From a virus: 64,000 nt of DNA. Under the pieces are notes generated by a model. That model was not told the origin of the DNA and made no database searches. It saw only the letters and a list, made by a program, of their open reading frames with translations. Within the stretch, counting starts at the first letter, position 1. Every line of letters begins with the position of its first letter. The stretch spans positions 42,198 to 106,197 of the IMG/VR virus record IMGVR_UViG_3300035698_017294. One strand, 5' to 3'. Below, piece by piece: positions 10,325 through 20,264 of this stretch. The translations under genes and the position numbers were made by a program.

Positions 10325-11742
10325 ACTTGCCTAAATCCTCTAAAATCGCTATTATGTTCTAAATATAAAAGTCTCGATTGTTCCCTACTAATGTTCAATT
10401 TTTTAGAGTAGTAGTTATTAATTAAGATCTGATTTGCTTCGAATAGGGCTTTATGAAATCCATCGTCAGTTAAATTGGTAAAATTTATAGTTAGCAAATC
10501 TGAATTTAAATGTTTAGTTTCGTAGAAATCTTGTACTGGATTATCTTTAGATAATAATCCTTGGTCTACGGCGTAGTTAAATAAGGGAGTACCAGGATAA
10601 GGTGTGACAGGCCTAATAGTACGCAATTCGGCACAATTATCGTACTTTAATAGGAAGTCGACTCCCTTTCTCAAGGTATCACAGGTTTCTCCAAGATTCC
10701 CCCATATTATATTAAACCCGATGTGGATATTTTCTTTTTGTGTAGCTTCGATACCTTTTATTATGGTTGAAACTGTTAGTGATTTATTCATTAATTCTAA
10801 TGCATTATCATCCATAGATTCTATGCCGTAATTAATGTATATGCATCCTGCTTTTTTCATCAACGCTAAGATTTTACTATTCGCATAATTTAGTCTTCCG
10901 TTGCATTCCCAAGTAAACTTTCTATACTTTTCTTGGTATCTTATAAAACTCTCGCAAAGTGAAGTTATTCGTTTTTCCCCCAACATTAACAGTTCATCTG
11001 AAAATACAAAATAGTTGATATCATGTAAGTTTTGTAAGTAACTTATTTCGTGTATAATGCTTTCTGCACTTCTACTTCTATGCCCTTTATCCATTCTATA
11101 GCAAAAGTTACAACGAAATGGGCATCCTCGTCCAGATAGTATTGGCATAGAGAAGTCAGTAGCTTTAATCCAAGGCGTGCGTATTAATTTGTAATGGTTT
11201 ATGGGGAATGAATCGTAGGCAGGCATTGGTAATTTATCAATATTTTTAATCTGGTCTCTTGCTGAATTTATTCTTATCTCGTTATTTTCTTGATAAGCTA
11301 TGCCAGGAATATTGGTAAAATTTGTATTACTTTTAAAGGCTTGCACTACTTCTTTAATCGTTTCTTCTCCCTCCCCCATAACAACAAGGTCGGCATTAGT
11401 TTTATTTAAGAAATATTTGGGATCAGGTGAGGGCCCGTGTCCGCCCAATAGGAATAAAGCTGGTCTGTTTTTTGAGTGGTTAATAGCATTCGAGAGCCCG
11501 ATTAATTTTTTAAATTGCCAATAACCTGCTATAACCCCTATTCCTATTAAATCGAAAGGTTCTTCTGTATCCAGATAATTGGTTAAGGCACTATCGGGGC
11601 TATGATTTATATCTTGATGATAAAATGATAAATCACAGTCTTGTCGTAACACACTTGCTAGTGCTGCGATTCCTTGCGGAAACCAACTTATATGTGATTC
11701 ATTGTCGTAAATAACAAAAAGAAAACGTGGGTTATTTTTCAT
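10321..11742 (-). CDS. B12-binding radical SAM protein (class B methyltransferase-like)
   Basis: GG...GEGE cobalamin domain; GRGCPFRCNFC; PYPGTPL. Confidence 0.9.
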   Translation of the reverse strand: MKNNPRFLFVIYDNESHISWFPQGIAALASVLRQDCDLSFYHQDINHSPDSALTNYLDTEEPFDLIGIGVIAGYWQFKKLIGLSNAINHSKNRPALFLLGGHGPSPDPKYFLNKTNADLVVMGEGEETIKEVVQAFKSNTNFTNIPGIAYQENNEIRINSARDQIKNIDKLPMPAYDSFPINHYKLIRTPWIKATDFSMPILSGRGCPFRCNFCYRMDKGHRSRSAESIIHEISYLQNLHDINYFVFSDELLMLGEKRITSLCESFIRYQEKYRKFTWECNGRLNYANSKILALMKKAGCIYINYGIESMDDNALELMNKSLTVSTIIKGIEATQKENIHIGFNIIWGNLGETCDTLRKGVDFLLKYDNCAELRTIRPVTPYPGTPLFNYAVDQGLLSKDNPVQDFYETKHLNSDLLTINFTNLTDDGFHKALFEANQILINNYYSKKLNISREQSRLLYLEHNSDFRGFRQV

Positions 11743-12529
11743 GTAAGCTACCTAACTCAAAACTACTATACCATGGGTCCTTTGTGGTATTTATTATTTG
11801 AATATTTAAGTTTTGTGCTGATCCTTGCAAAATGTCAAAGTCCTTTTTAACTCGCGGTCTGGCGTTATCCAATCCTCCTACGTCAGGTGATCCTTGTTTA
11901 TTAGTAATAATAGTTCCCGGTTTTAAAGCTTTTGCGTATAGGTCTCCACCTCGTGTGTAACTCATATCCATGCCTAAAAGGTAAATTGGATTACATCCCA
12001 TAATAATAGCTGCCGCTATCATATGTAGTGAAACTGAGTCACCGCTACTATAATGTTCTGGGTAATTTGATAATTTTTGGACTTGCTCTTGTATACATAA
12101 TTGGTTCTTGTCAATTCGACTACAACAGGATATTCCATTTTTATAGATTTGTCTAGAGCCGTGCGCTGGGCAAGGTTGAGTATTGAAATGTCTTTGATCA
12201 TATCCTAGAAAATCACAAGATAGGTTAGCGTCTATAAAGGAATAGGGAGTTAAATCTATATTGCGAGCATATAAGACGGTAGCGCCTACCTCATTCATTT
12301 TTCTGTGATGCACGGTTATCGACTCCGAACCGCTAGCTAATACCCAATAGTTTGGCTTTGTTTCTATATGCGTGAACCAATCGTTACATGAAAATTGAAG
12401 TGACGCAGGGTTTTCTTCCATGTAGGTATAAGCTTTCTCTAACTCGTTATTTAAACTGGGACCGTGGCCCATAATCAGAGCTGTTATATTTTTGTGCTTA
12501 TCTACTATATCGTTTAAGTGTAATTTCAT
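11732..12529 (-). CDS. MAF/DUF115-like putative nonulosonate transferase
   Basis: IMGHGPSL ... MGCNPIYLLGMD signature. Confidence 0.7.
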   Translation of the reverse strand: MKLHLNDIVDKHKNITALIMGHGPSLNNELEKAYTYMEENPASLQFSCNDWFTHIETKPNYWVLASGSESITVHHRKMNEVGATVLYARNIDLTPYSFIDANLSCDFLGYDQRHFNTQPCPAHGSRQIYKNGISCCSRIDKNQLCIQEQVQKLSNYPEHYSSGDSVSLHMIAAAIIMGCNPIYLLGMDMSYTRGGDLYAKALKPGTIITNKQGSPDVGGLDNARPRVKKDFDILQGSAQNLNIQIINTTKDPWYSSFELGSLHEK

Positions 12530-13359
12530 AGCACGCCTTTTAGTATGTTTTCATACATCCAATCCTCTGTAATTGCGTATTGCTGAAAGCTTTGAAAATT
12601 GGATTTTACAGCTTTGGCTCTTCTATCATAATCTTCATCTGCCAAAGAGGTCAATATTGATTCTAATTCTTTTAAATTAGTAAAATGTAATATACCTTCG
12701 GGGTCAAAGAAGTCTTTTATATTGGGGCATCCCCAATATATAGGTATGGTACCGACAGCAAAGCAATCTAGTAATTTTTCTGTAAAGTAATTTTCAGCTT
12801 TGCAGTTTTCTGTGACCACGGAGAATCGGTATTTTTTTAAACCTTCTTCTTTCCGGCTTAGTCGCACTCCGGTTCCTGTTCCATACAAATCTATAAGGTG
12901 TTTAAAGCGCAAAGCCGCAGCATGGCGAAATTGGTGTCCTAGAGTAGATTTTTTAGTGGAGTAAATCATAGAAACGCTTTTGGTTTTTTGATGAATTTGG
13001 TACTGTGTTTCCGGTATCCAGCAACCTCCGAATGGAATAAATTTGGTTTTATTGGGGAATTGTGCTAGTAGCTTACTATCGTGAGTCATTGTAAAATCTA
13101 ATAGATCTTTGTAGTTTTCAAAGCTTTCATAGCGCGCAGTAGCGTCCATTAATGTATTTTGTCGATTCTCAAGTAACCAGCCTATTTTTATTTTGGAGTT
13201 TACAGCCTTTATTAAATCTTGGCGAAGATTACGATCGGTAAAAATAGTAATACCATTCCAGTTAAGCTGATCCCGAATATATTCTATTTTGTTAGAATCT
13301 TTATCGTGTACTGATATTTTAAGATGTCGGAATTCATCATCGAATAAGTTTAATTTCAC
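12526..13359 (-). CDS. glycosyltransferase family 10-like
   Basis: YRFSVVTEN...YFTEKLLDCF...PIYWG motif. Confidence 0.85.
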   Translation of the reverse strand: MKLNLFDDEFRHLKISVHDKDSNKIEYIRDQLNWNGITIFTDRNLRQDLIKAVNSKIKIGWLLENRQNTLMDATARYESFENYKDLLDFTMTHDSKLLAQFPNKTKFIPFGGCWIPETQYQIHQKTKSVSMIYSTKKSTLGHQFRHAAALRFKHLIDLYGTGTGVRLSRKEEGLKKYRFSVVTENCKAENYFTEKLLDCFAVGTIPIYWGCPNIKDFFDPEGILHFTNLKELESILTSLADEDYDRRAKAVKSNFQSFQQYAITEDWMYENILKGVL

Positions 13360-14102
13360 ATTTTAATCCAATCTAACGGTAGCAAATCTGATAAATCATA
13401 GTTACACTTTTTAATACCAAGCCACAACTTAGGTGCTACTACCTGTTTATTTGGGTTCACTCCAAGCCATGCACTCCACCAACTAAAACTACTATTGGCA
13501 ATTATGTGATTATCGCATAATGACTGCACGGCCATATCCACATATTGATTATTACCTTCGATAAATATGGAACGACTGTCTGCTAAATTTTCTTTACACC
13601 AATTTATATCGTCTGATGTTATTATAAAATTACTATCTGGGAATTTATCTTTTGCTTGAGTATAATACTCTGTGCTACAAATTGGAAAACTTTCTGGTTT
13701 TGTTAAGTAGTCGCCTCTACGTACATGAAGGCTTGTATTGATACCAGCGGGTAAAAGTTTTTTTGCTTTATTTAAGATAAATGGTCTAAAAGTAAAATCT
13801 TTTCGTATTACATCTTCTATAGCTTTAAAGTATTTCTCTGATTGGAAATAGCCATATAGATCGCAGTTATCTGGGCAGTTAAAGAGATCGGACCAGTAAT
13901 GAAAATGAAGTTCTTGTACAATAGAAGCATCTGGCACTATCCCAGCTATAGCATCTAATAGAAAACATTTAAACAAATGGTGTCCGCTAAGCGGTAAGCA
14001 CATTTCATAATTATTCTTTAGTGCAACAGCTTTAAGTGCTGCGTACTGGAACATTTGGTTTCCTAAATGTCCGTACGAGCCTAATTTAGAAAAGGTAATC
14101 AT
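13356..14102 (-). CDS. glycosyltransferase family 11 (alpha-1,2-fucosyl/colitosyltransferase)
   Basis: GHLGNQMFQYA, GYFQSEKYF, HVRRGDY, IIANSSFSWW. Confidence 0.93.
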   Translation of the reverse strand: MITFSKLGSYGHLGNQMFQYAALKAVALKNNYEMCLPLSGHHLFKCFLLDAIAGIVPDASIVQELHFHYWSDLFNCPDNCDLYGYFQSEKYFKAIEDVIRKDFTFRPFILNKAKKLLPAGINTSLHVRRGDYLTKPESFPICSTEYYTQAKDKFPDSNFIITSDDINWCKENLADSRSIFIEGNNQYVDMAVQSLCDNHIIANSSFSWWSAWLGVNPNKQVVAPKLWLGIKKCNYDLSDLLPLDWIKM

Positions 14103-14776
14103 TTAAAAATCTCCATTGCGCTTACTTCTTCCCCGATAAAGTTAACCGCTTTATCGTGGTATTGTGCTATAGCTTTGGCTCCAACATGCCCAATATGCTC
14201 TACTATAGAGGGTAAGGTACAAATTAAATTACCTCCATATTTTTTAACATCTGTAGTTAAAGCCCAATCCCACTCTTCTCCTATTTTAAAAGGATGCTTC
14301 TCAAAATAGTCCATAGCGATTAATAAATTAGCTCCGCCTATTGATGTTTTAGTACAATAATGTCCATGATCGTCTATTAAATCATGCTGGTTAGTTCGTG
14401 TATCAAAACCAGTAATAACTGGCTGTTGGGTTTCCTGGTATAATTTAACAAGAGCCGTTATCCAATCTTTTGAATACAGCATATCTGCGTCGGTAACTAA
14501 AAAGTATGGAACCTTTTCTACAAGCTTGCGTATTCTAATGTCTTGCGCTATGCGCATTACCTTGCACAATGGAATTCCTATATGCCTATGTACTTGATAG
14601 GTCCATTTATACTCTAAAGCTACACTTCGTAATTGCGCTTGTAAATTTTCGTTAGACCCGTCATCCATAATAATGACTTCGATATCTTCCGGGGTACTAG
14701 AATTAAAGAGGCTAGTTAAACTACGCAATGTAATGTCATCACGGTTATAAGTGCTTATATATAATGGTATTTTCAT
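14099..14776 (-). CDS. glycosyltransferase family 2
   Basis: STYNR, DDGS, DAD motif. Confidence 0.8.
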   Translation of the reverse strand: MKIPLYISTYNRDDITLRSLTSLFNSSTPEDIEVIIMDDGSNENLQAQLRSVALEYKWTYQVHRHIGIPLCKVMRIAQDIRIRKLVEKVPYFLVTDADMLYSKDWITALVKLYQETQQPVITGFDTRTNQHDLIDDHGHYCTKTSIGGANLLIAMDYFEKHPFKIGEEWDWALTTDVKKYGGNLICTLPSIVEHIGHVGAKAIAQYHDKAVNFIGEEVSAMEIFK

Positions 14777-15426
14777 TTATTAAAGGGCCTTTCGTATTTT
14801 TCATGCCCGGGCATTCCTCCCCACTTTCTAATGTAATACGTTTGACTACGTTGAAAATAAACTTGCAGTTCAGGCGTTTTTTCTAATGTTTGGGAAACTA
14901 ACTTAACTTCGGGTGATAACTCATCTACCAATAAGCACCATTTATCTGGAGCTCCAAGATTACATCGATACATAATATCATTGTCTTCATACCAAGCTGG
15001 CCAAATGATTTCGTCTGCATATTTTCCAGGTGCATATTCTAAGAATTCTGCTCCTTTTCGATTTAGCGCCCATGCAGCAAATCCGCTCGTAGCTCGCATA
15101 AACCAGTACGGAGTGGTCTTTAGATAATTTTTAATTATCTCTATTTGGCCCTGCCCATATCTTATGTCATCATTTAGTATTAGTAAAAAGTCTATTTCTT
15201 TTTCTTTGAAGCTTCGGTTAATTGCACGATTCCAGCTTTTTGCGACCCCTAGATTTTTTGGTTGCGTGTCAATGAATACTTTTGGGTGATCTACGTGTAT
15301 ACTTTGATTTCCGTTATCCACTATATGTATATACTCAAAATGCTCAGACTGTGGTAATAGCGTATCCAAGGATTGTTCTAGTAAATCTTTCCTGTTCAGA
15401 GTAGGTATTGTAATTGCTAATTTCAC
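14773..15426 (-). CDS. glycosyltransferase family 2
   Basis: IPTLNR, VDNG, NLGVAKSWN, LNDD, YEDND. Confidence 0.82.
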   Translation of the reverse strand: MKLAITIPTLNRKDLLEQSLDTLLPQSEHFEYIHIVDNGNQSIHVDHPKVFIDTQPKNLGVAKSWNRAINRSFKEKEIDFLLILNDDIRYGQGQIEIIKNYLKTTPYWFMRATSGFAAWALNRKGAEFLEYAPGKYADEIIWPAWYEDNDIMYRCNLGAPDKWCLLVDELSPEVKLVSQTLEKTPELQVYFQRSQTYYIRKWGGMPGHEKYERPFNK

Positions 15427-16430
15427 GTATCTTCCTCTATAACAGCCTCAGATAGCGCTCCAGCTGCTACGGCGTGTAGCGGGTCCGCGACTAACTCGAT
15501 ACTTTTAATGTTAATTGGGAAGTCCAGTTCATCGTAAATTCTTTTGAACACGTCAATAAATCCGTCTGCCATCGAAGTTCCACCACCACATACAATCTTT
15601 ACAGGTGTCTTAAAATGTGGCATACCTTCGCTTGTATTGAACAGGTGTGCTATATGAGTTAGGATATTTTTGATCGCATGGGTATAGTAGCTGCGTATAG
15701 CCAGTTGCTCTCTGCCAGCGTCCGATAAATTCTTAGTTAAAGAAAAGTCGGGGTCTTCCTTTATAGAAGTAATCTGTGGTATTGGGGTAGCTGTATCACG
15801 CGCTGCTTGTTGATCAATCCAGTCGCCTGATTTTGTAACACTAAAGTCTAGGGCAGCGACACCACGATACATCACAGTAACGTTAGCCATGCCGGCTCCC
15901 CAAGATATGGCTATCCCAGTGTAATCTTCGTCAGCCAAGGAACCATAGGCTAGGGCATGAGCTTCTTTAACTGTCTTTGGTGTATAGCCCAGGGATGCTA
16001 AAATAGCGTCAATTACATCTGTGTGATAATTTGTATGCGCGTCAGAATCAATAGGTTTGGAGGGTGTTACATAGATACAGGTTTCGTCCTCAATCTCAGG
16101 ATCGCCGAGAATGGCAGCTATTACAGCTTTAATAATTGGAAGAGCGTCTTTTTCAGACGGATTAAGTAACCCCAAAGCCATTGGACGCCGTAGCTCAATG
16201 TTGCCAAAAATATTAGCATAATCGTAAGCACCATTGCCAATAACGTATACATTGTCCCCAATGCGTACATAATTTATCCTCATTCGAACTAGTTCGTTTT
16301 TTCGTTGTTCCCACTTCCCCAAATAAACGAAAGCATTTCGTTCTGATGAAAACGTAGTTGTGTTCTTTTTACCTTTGGTTCGTCTAGCACCGACTATATT
16401 GCCGGTGCCAACATCAATTCCTACTGGCAT
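15423..16430 (-). CDS. actin-like ATPase (MreB/ParM superfamily)
   Basis: GIDVGTG phosphate-1, SWGAG phosphate-2, CGGGTS adenosine motif. Confidence 0.8.
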   Translation of the reverse strand: MPVGIDVGTGNIVGARRTKGKKNTTTFSSERNAFVYLGKWEQRKNELVRMRINYVRIGDNVYVIGNGAYDYANIFGNIELRRPMALGLLNPSEKDALPIIKAVIAAILGDPEIEDETCIYVTPSKPIDSDAHTNYHTDVIDAILASLGYTPKTVKEAHALAYGSLADEDYTGIAISWGAGMANVTVMYRGVAALDFSVTKSGDWIDQQAARDTATPIPQITSIKEDPDFSLTKNLSDAGREQLAIRSYYTHAIKNILTHIAHLFNTSEGMPHFKTPVKIVCGGGTSMADGFIDVFKRIYDELDFPINIKSIELVADPLHAVAAGALSEAVIEEDT

Positions 16431-16703
16431 TTATTTCTCCTCCGTATCAACACTGATGCGGCTTTCTACTGTTTCTATATCTGGCACACCGTAGCCGCCG
16501 ACCAGGTCTCTTGAATCAATTGTTCGTACACCGTGTTTATCGCCCGGCTTCGTTGCCTTGTTGCTAACGTAACTGTTTTTGCGTGTACTAATTTCAATTA
16601 ATCCCGATAGTAGATTCTGCAGCATTCTTTCATTATTCCGCATCGTCCCCAATACCTGCCAAGCACAGTACGCTATAGCTATGAGAAGGATTTCAGTAAT
16701 CAT
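16431..16703 (-). CDS. small protein with N-terminal hydrophobic segment
   Basis: Hydrophobic N-terminus; abuts the actin-like gene. Confidence 0.55.
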   Translation of the reverse strand: MITEILLIAIAYCAWQVLGTMRNNERMLQNLLSGLIEISTRKNSYVSNKATKPGDKHGVRTIDSRDLVGGYGVPDIETVESRISVDTEEK

Positions 16704-17517
16704 TGATTACATCCTTTATTTTGTCCCACTTATTGTCGAAGTTATCGAAGCATGCGTGGAATGTGTTTTCTTTGTTTTGGCCCCAAGACCACTGATCAGA
16801 AATACCTGTATCAAACCCATGCCGCTTTTCAGTTTCTGCGTCGTATAGCAGAATTTGCGGCTTGTCCATATGCCAAGCAAGTGCATTGATAGCGCTATGT
16901 GAGCACACTACACCGCAAGCCCCTTCTATGAGAGATGCTGTTTCTGGCACCGTAAGCTTATCTATTAGATTGTGCACTCGAGGGTATTGGCAAAACTCTT
17001 GCTCTATGCGCTCGGCTTTATGCCCATCAATGCTTGTATAGTTTTTACCAACTATAACACAGTGATAATCTGTGGTGTCTAGTATGTGGTCAATTATTTT
17101 GGTGGTTATTGAAATAGGAATGTGTCGTTTTGTATCAGTGCCTGTAGTTGAAAAGACGACATACTTCTTGTTACCAAGAAATCCGAAATCCGTTGGGCCT
17201 GGCACATACCAAATAATAGGTCTGCGGAGGCTAGCGGGTAGATAGGAGAGCCGCTTCCACGGAATTCCTGCCTTGTCCCAAGCTGCTGCAATATCTTCTT
17301 GTTTTTGAAAGCCGACATTGACTACGGTAAGCTGGTCTCTTTTAGGATGCCATTCAAATATTTCTTTTGCCGATGGGTTGTGGCACATGAGGGCGACATA
17401 GACGTGCACATTAGGTTCTAAGTGGGCGAGGTTGCAGTATTGGGTACCACTATACATGTTATTGATCATGTCGCCTAGGCCGCCGCCCCAGGCTATCATA
17501 TGTTCTCTCTTTTCCAT
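16693..17517 (-). CDS. glycosyltransferase family 9-like
   Basis: GGLGD N-terminal motif; NLIDKLTV..., SAINALA C-terminal GT-B motif. Confidence 0.65.
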   Translation of the reverse strand: MEKREHMIAWGGGLGDMINNMYSGTQYCNLAHLEPNVHVYVALMCHNPSAKEIFEWHPKRDQLTVVNVGFQKQEDIAAAWDKAGIPWKRLSYLPASLRRPIIWYVPGPTDFGFLGNKKYVVFSTTGTDTKRHIPISITTKIIDHILDTTDYHCVIVGKNYTSIDGHKAERIEQEFCQYPRVHNLIDKLTVPETASLIEGACGVVCSHSAINALAWHMDKPQILLYDAETEKRHGFDTGISDQWSWGQNKENTFHACFDNFDNKWDKIKDVINDY

Positions 17518-17534
17518 AAACTTAGTATAGCGAA

Positions 17535-17732
17535 TTACTCAACTTTGTCAAGTACTTTAACCTCGACAAGTTCAAAACTCGCTTCTCCTATCATTATGTT
17601 TTTTGGTAAGATAGACCTTAACCTCTTAGGGTTGGGATTCTCGCAAGTGTAGATATATTTATCCAACCAAGTTCGGGGATCGTTGTGGTCGAATTCAGGA
17701 CTAATGTTTCTGTATATTACTTCACACTTCAT
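17535..17732 (-). CDS. hypothetical protein
   Basis: ATGA overlap with thyX; GAGGAG RBS. Confidence 0.6.
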   Translation of the reverse strand: MKCEVIYRNISPEFDHNDPRTWLDKYIYTCENPNPKRLRSILPKNIMIGEASFELVEVKVLDKVE

Positions 17733-18352
17733 TGGTCACTCCTCGTGAATAAACATTGTAGATCTTCTGGTATCACGTCATACATCATGTTAGCAAGGAG
17801 ATAAAAAGGGGTAAATACAGTAGGGACAAGTCGCAGATCAAAGAGATGTTGCAAGCTAACCATGTTGAACTGATATAGGCCCGTAGTGAGCCAGCTTTCG
17901 GGGAGCGCATGTTTTAATTCCTCAATTTTTTCTTTTTTACTTAACTTATCCATGAGTACTATACGTCTTACTTTACTAGCAAATTCGCTAGCTAGATCGT
18001 CAATAAATACTGATGGATAGAGATTTTGTTTCACGATATCTCGTACTTCAAAGAAAGGCCTCTTACCCTCTTCCAATAATCTACCAAATGTATATCTGGT
18101 GGACTTAACTGAAGGTGACACAGCAATTCTATGTCGCGATATCTCTTGTAATACATTTCGCGGAAAGTCGATTAACCTAAAAGTCAGATGCCACTTTTCT
18201 CCTACACTAGTATGATGATACTGGTGTACTACTTTTTTAATATACTCAATATCTACATTATCTGGATCTATTTTATATTCTAAATTGTAACACGTACGCG
18301 CTGACTCCTCTACCAGAGCCAGCCCAGAGTGTTCTCGTAATACAACTTTCAT
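17729..18352 (-). CDS. thyX: FAD-dependent thymidylate synthase
   Basis: ARTCY, HTSVGE, QEISRHR, KSTRY, LRL. Confidence 0.9.
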   Translation of the reverse strand: MKVVLREHSGLALVEESARTCYNLEYKIDPDNVDIEYIKKVVHQYHHTSVGEKWHLTFRLIDFPRNVLQEISRHRIAVSPSVKSTRYTFGRLLEEGKRPFFEVRDIVKQNLYPSVFIDDLASEFASKVRRIVLMDKLSKKEKIEELKHALPESWLTTGLYQFNMVSLQHLFDLRLVPTVFTPFYLLANMMYDVIPEDLQCLFTRSDQ

Positions 18353-18573
18353 TTAGCTTTTCCAACGTTTATGTTTCTAGGCTGAGGGCGATTTAGGTCA
18401 CGCTGTAGCACAAGTTTTAATCGTTGCCCTGTCTCACGAAAGGCGCGGAACTTATAAGGCTCCTGACCAGATTGAGTTTCGTTGTGACTACGCATACCGG
18501 CAATCAACTCATCAGTTTTCTTTAAGAAGGTTACAGCCAATGCACGCATGGCGTTGATTTTACTTAGCTCCAT
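18349..18573 (-). CDS. hypothetical protein
   Basis: Overlapping operon-style ORF with RBS. Confidence 0.55.
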   Translation of the reverse strand: MELSKINAMRALAVTFLKKTDELIAGMRSHNETQSGQEPYKFRAFRETGQRLKLVLQRDLNRPQPRNINVGKAK

Positions 18574-18886
18574 TTACATCTCCGGTACCGTTAGGATTAG
18601 GATTGAACTGTATCACGTTGCCAGTACTGTTGGGATCAACATCTTGCGGGGCCAAGGTCTTAATAGTATCGTCCTCTGGTGGGGCATCCATCTTTTCTTT
18701 TACTTGTTCCATGAATTCAGCAAAACCCTCTTCCATCTTGGCCTTGACTTCTTTTTGCTTTTCTTCATCCCATTTGAACTCATCGGTAAGTACGGACATC
18801 ATAACGCCGACTTGGATTTGCAGCATACGAATATCCATTGTTAGATTGGACACCATAGCGGTAAGCTGCATGTTGTTAAACATCAT
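18560..18886 (-). CDS. hypothetical protein
   Basis: ORF preceded by AAGGA RBS. Confidence 0.6.
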   Translation of the reverse strand: MMFNNMQLTAMVSNLTMDIRMLQIQVGVMMSVLTDEFKWDEEKQKEVKAKMEEGFAEFMEQVKEKMDAPPEDDTIKTLAPQDVDPNSTGNVIQFNPNPNGTGDVNGAK

Positions 18887-18932
18887 ATTTTCTTTTCCTT
18901 TATCTATAATTTGGGTGTATAATAAGCTAAAA

Positions 18933-19007
18933 AGCAGCGGGAGGGATTCGAACCCATCGTCCCCGGCTTTGCAGGCCGGTGCATGAACCAGACTCTACCA
19001 CCGCTGC
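18933..19007 (-). tRNA. tRNA-Cys(GCA)
   Basis: Cloverleaf; CCGGC-CTGCAAA-GCCGG; T-loop TTCGAAT. Confidence 0.93.
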
Positions 19008-19015
19008 ACTGTGGG

Positions 19016-19162
19016 TTAATCGTTTTTCTTTTCTTCTTTACTCGAATGCTTGTCGCACAAAGTAACATGGATTACGTCGGAATACTCTCCATAGCCGTCA
19101 CTTACTTTCACTTTACAACCACACTTAGCATCTCGACCATTTACAAATGTAAGTTTTTCCAT
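19016..19162 (-). CDS. 48-aa hypothetical protein
   Basis: MEKLTFVNGRDAKCGC...; below the ORF-track cutoff. Confidence 0.4.
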   Translation of the reverse strand: MEKLTFVNGRDAKCGCKVKVSDGYGEYSDVIHVTLCDKHSSKEEKKND

Positions 19163-19201
19163 GTGAACGAATACCTTTCTGTTCCCTATTTCATTTATAT
19201 A

Positions 19202-19464
19202 TCAATCTGGGTCAGGCCCAATATCTATTATGGGTATTTCAAATATTTGTGAATACTCTTGATCTGCATGTCTCCAGGATTTTTGGTTACCATCTTTATC
19301 ACATGGTACCTTGCAGGCTCGACTAATACAAAAATTGTGCTTGTCGGCAGTAATAAATTCGCCAAAGTGTCCAGAAACTCCTACCGGTAAATCGTCTGGA
19401 ATACTCTCTAATAGCTTTTTTAAATCTCTTACGGTAAAATATTTTGGATAGGTTTTTTTGGCAT
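19202..19464 (-). pseudogene. ~87-aa phage protein interrupted by a frameshift at an A7 run
   Basis: AAGGAGAG RBS and ATG at 19464; the frame stops after 11 codons, but the -1 frame gives TVRDLKKLLESIPDDLPV... to TGA at 19202. Confidence 0.6.
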
Positions 19465-19483
19465 AATCTCTCCTTTAATTAAG

Positions 19484-19558
19484 GGCCCCCGACCGGATTT
19501 GAACCGGCAAAAATCCTGGGCCACGGCCAGGCGCTTTAACCTATTAAGCTTCGAGGGC
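19484..19558 (-). tRNA. tRNA-His(GTG), atypical (C33, no encoded G-1)
   Basis: CCTGG-CCGTGGC-CCAGG; acceptor GCCCTCG/CGGGGGC, C73. Confidence 0.85.
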
Positions 19559-19560
19559 AG

Positions 19561-19631
19561 TGGGAAATAAGGGTAACGATCCCCTGTTTAATGGATGTAA
19601 GCCATTTGTTCTACCTTTGAACTAATTTCCC
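19561..19631 (-). tRNA. tRNA-Val(TAC) with atypical T-loop
   Basis: AATGG-CTTACAT-CCATT; T-loop ATCGTTA. Confidence 0.85.
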
Positions 19632-20239
19632 TGGTAATAATTTTTCATATGAAAGTATCTAATCGAGTTGTGATTTAAAGACCCATAGTTTTCTGTGAGT
19701 GAGTGGCAGTTTGGGCAAATGTATTCTAAGTTTTCTTCCTTATTATTTAGGCAATTACCATCAATGTGGTTTATGTGTAAGGGGATCTTATGGGTTTTAG
19801 GGTTTATTTTAGACCAACCGCATTTTTCACATTTTCCATTACTACGTTTTCGCAGATAGGCGCGTATATGTTCTGAAATCCCAAACTTGCCTTTGATTCC
19901 AGTTACTGTACCTGCTTTCCATTTTTTGATATAAGTTTTGTACCTATATTCGAGATCACATGTTTGGCAACAATATTTTCGTTGGTTCCCAGTTAGTAGT
20001 TTATTGCAATTTAAACACTGGTGTAGCTTTACTGCTCGACATTCTGTGCATCTTGTTTTATGGTTGGCTCTTATATTAGCCTCGAATGTTTTGTTACAGG
20101 TTGGGCAGGTACTCGTCTTTGTGCGAATATCATTTTTCGGATTGAATTTGCGGCGAGAATTGTTATATTTAGCTGCGCATGCACTACAGCAAAACTTTTT
20201 ATTATATGTTGAACGTCCACAGCGTTTACATTTATTCAT
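19622..20239 (-). CDS. free-standing HNH endonuclease with Zn-finger repeats
   Basis: Several CxxC repeats, then CEKCG...LHINHIDGNCLNNKEENLEYICPNCH; start taken as MNKCKRC. Confidence 0.9.
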   Translation of the reverse strand: MNKCKRCGRSTYNKKFCCSACAAKYNNSRRKFNPKNDIRTKTSTCPTCNKTFEANIRANHKTRCTECRAVKLHQCLNCNKLLTGNQRKYCCQTCDLEYRYKTYIKKWKAGTVTGIKGKFGISEHIRAYLRKRSNGKCEKCGWSKINPKTHKIPLHINHIDGNCLNNKEENLEYICPNCHSLTENYGSLNHNSIRYFHMKNYYQGN

Positions 20240-20264
20240 TTCGAACCTTATTAACTTTATTATA

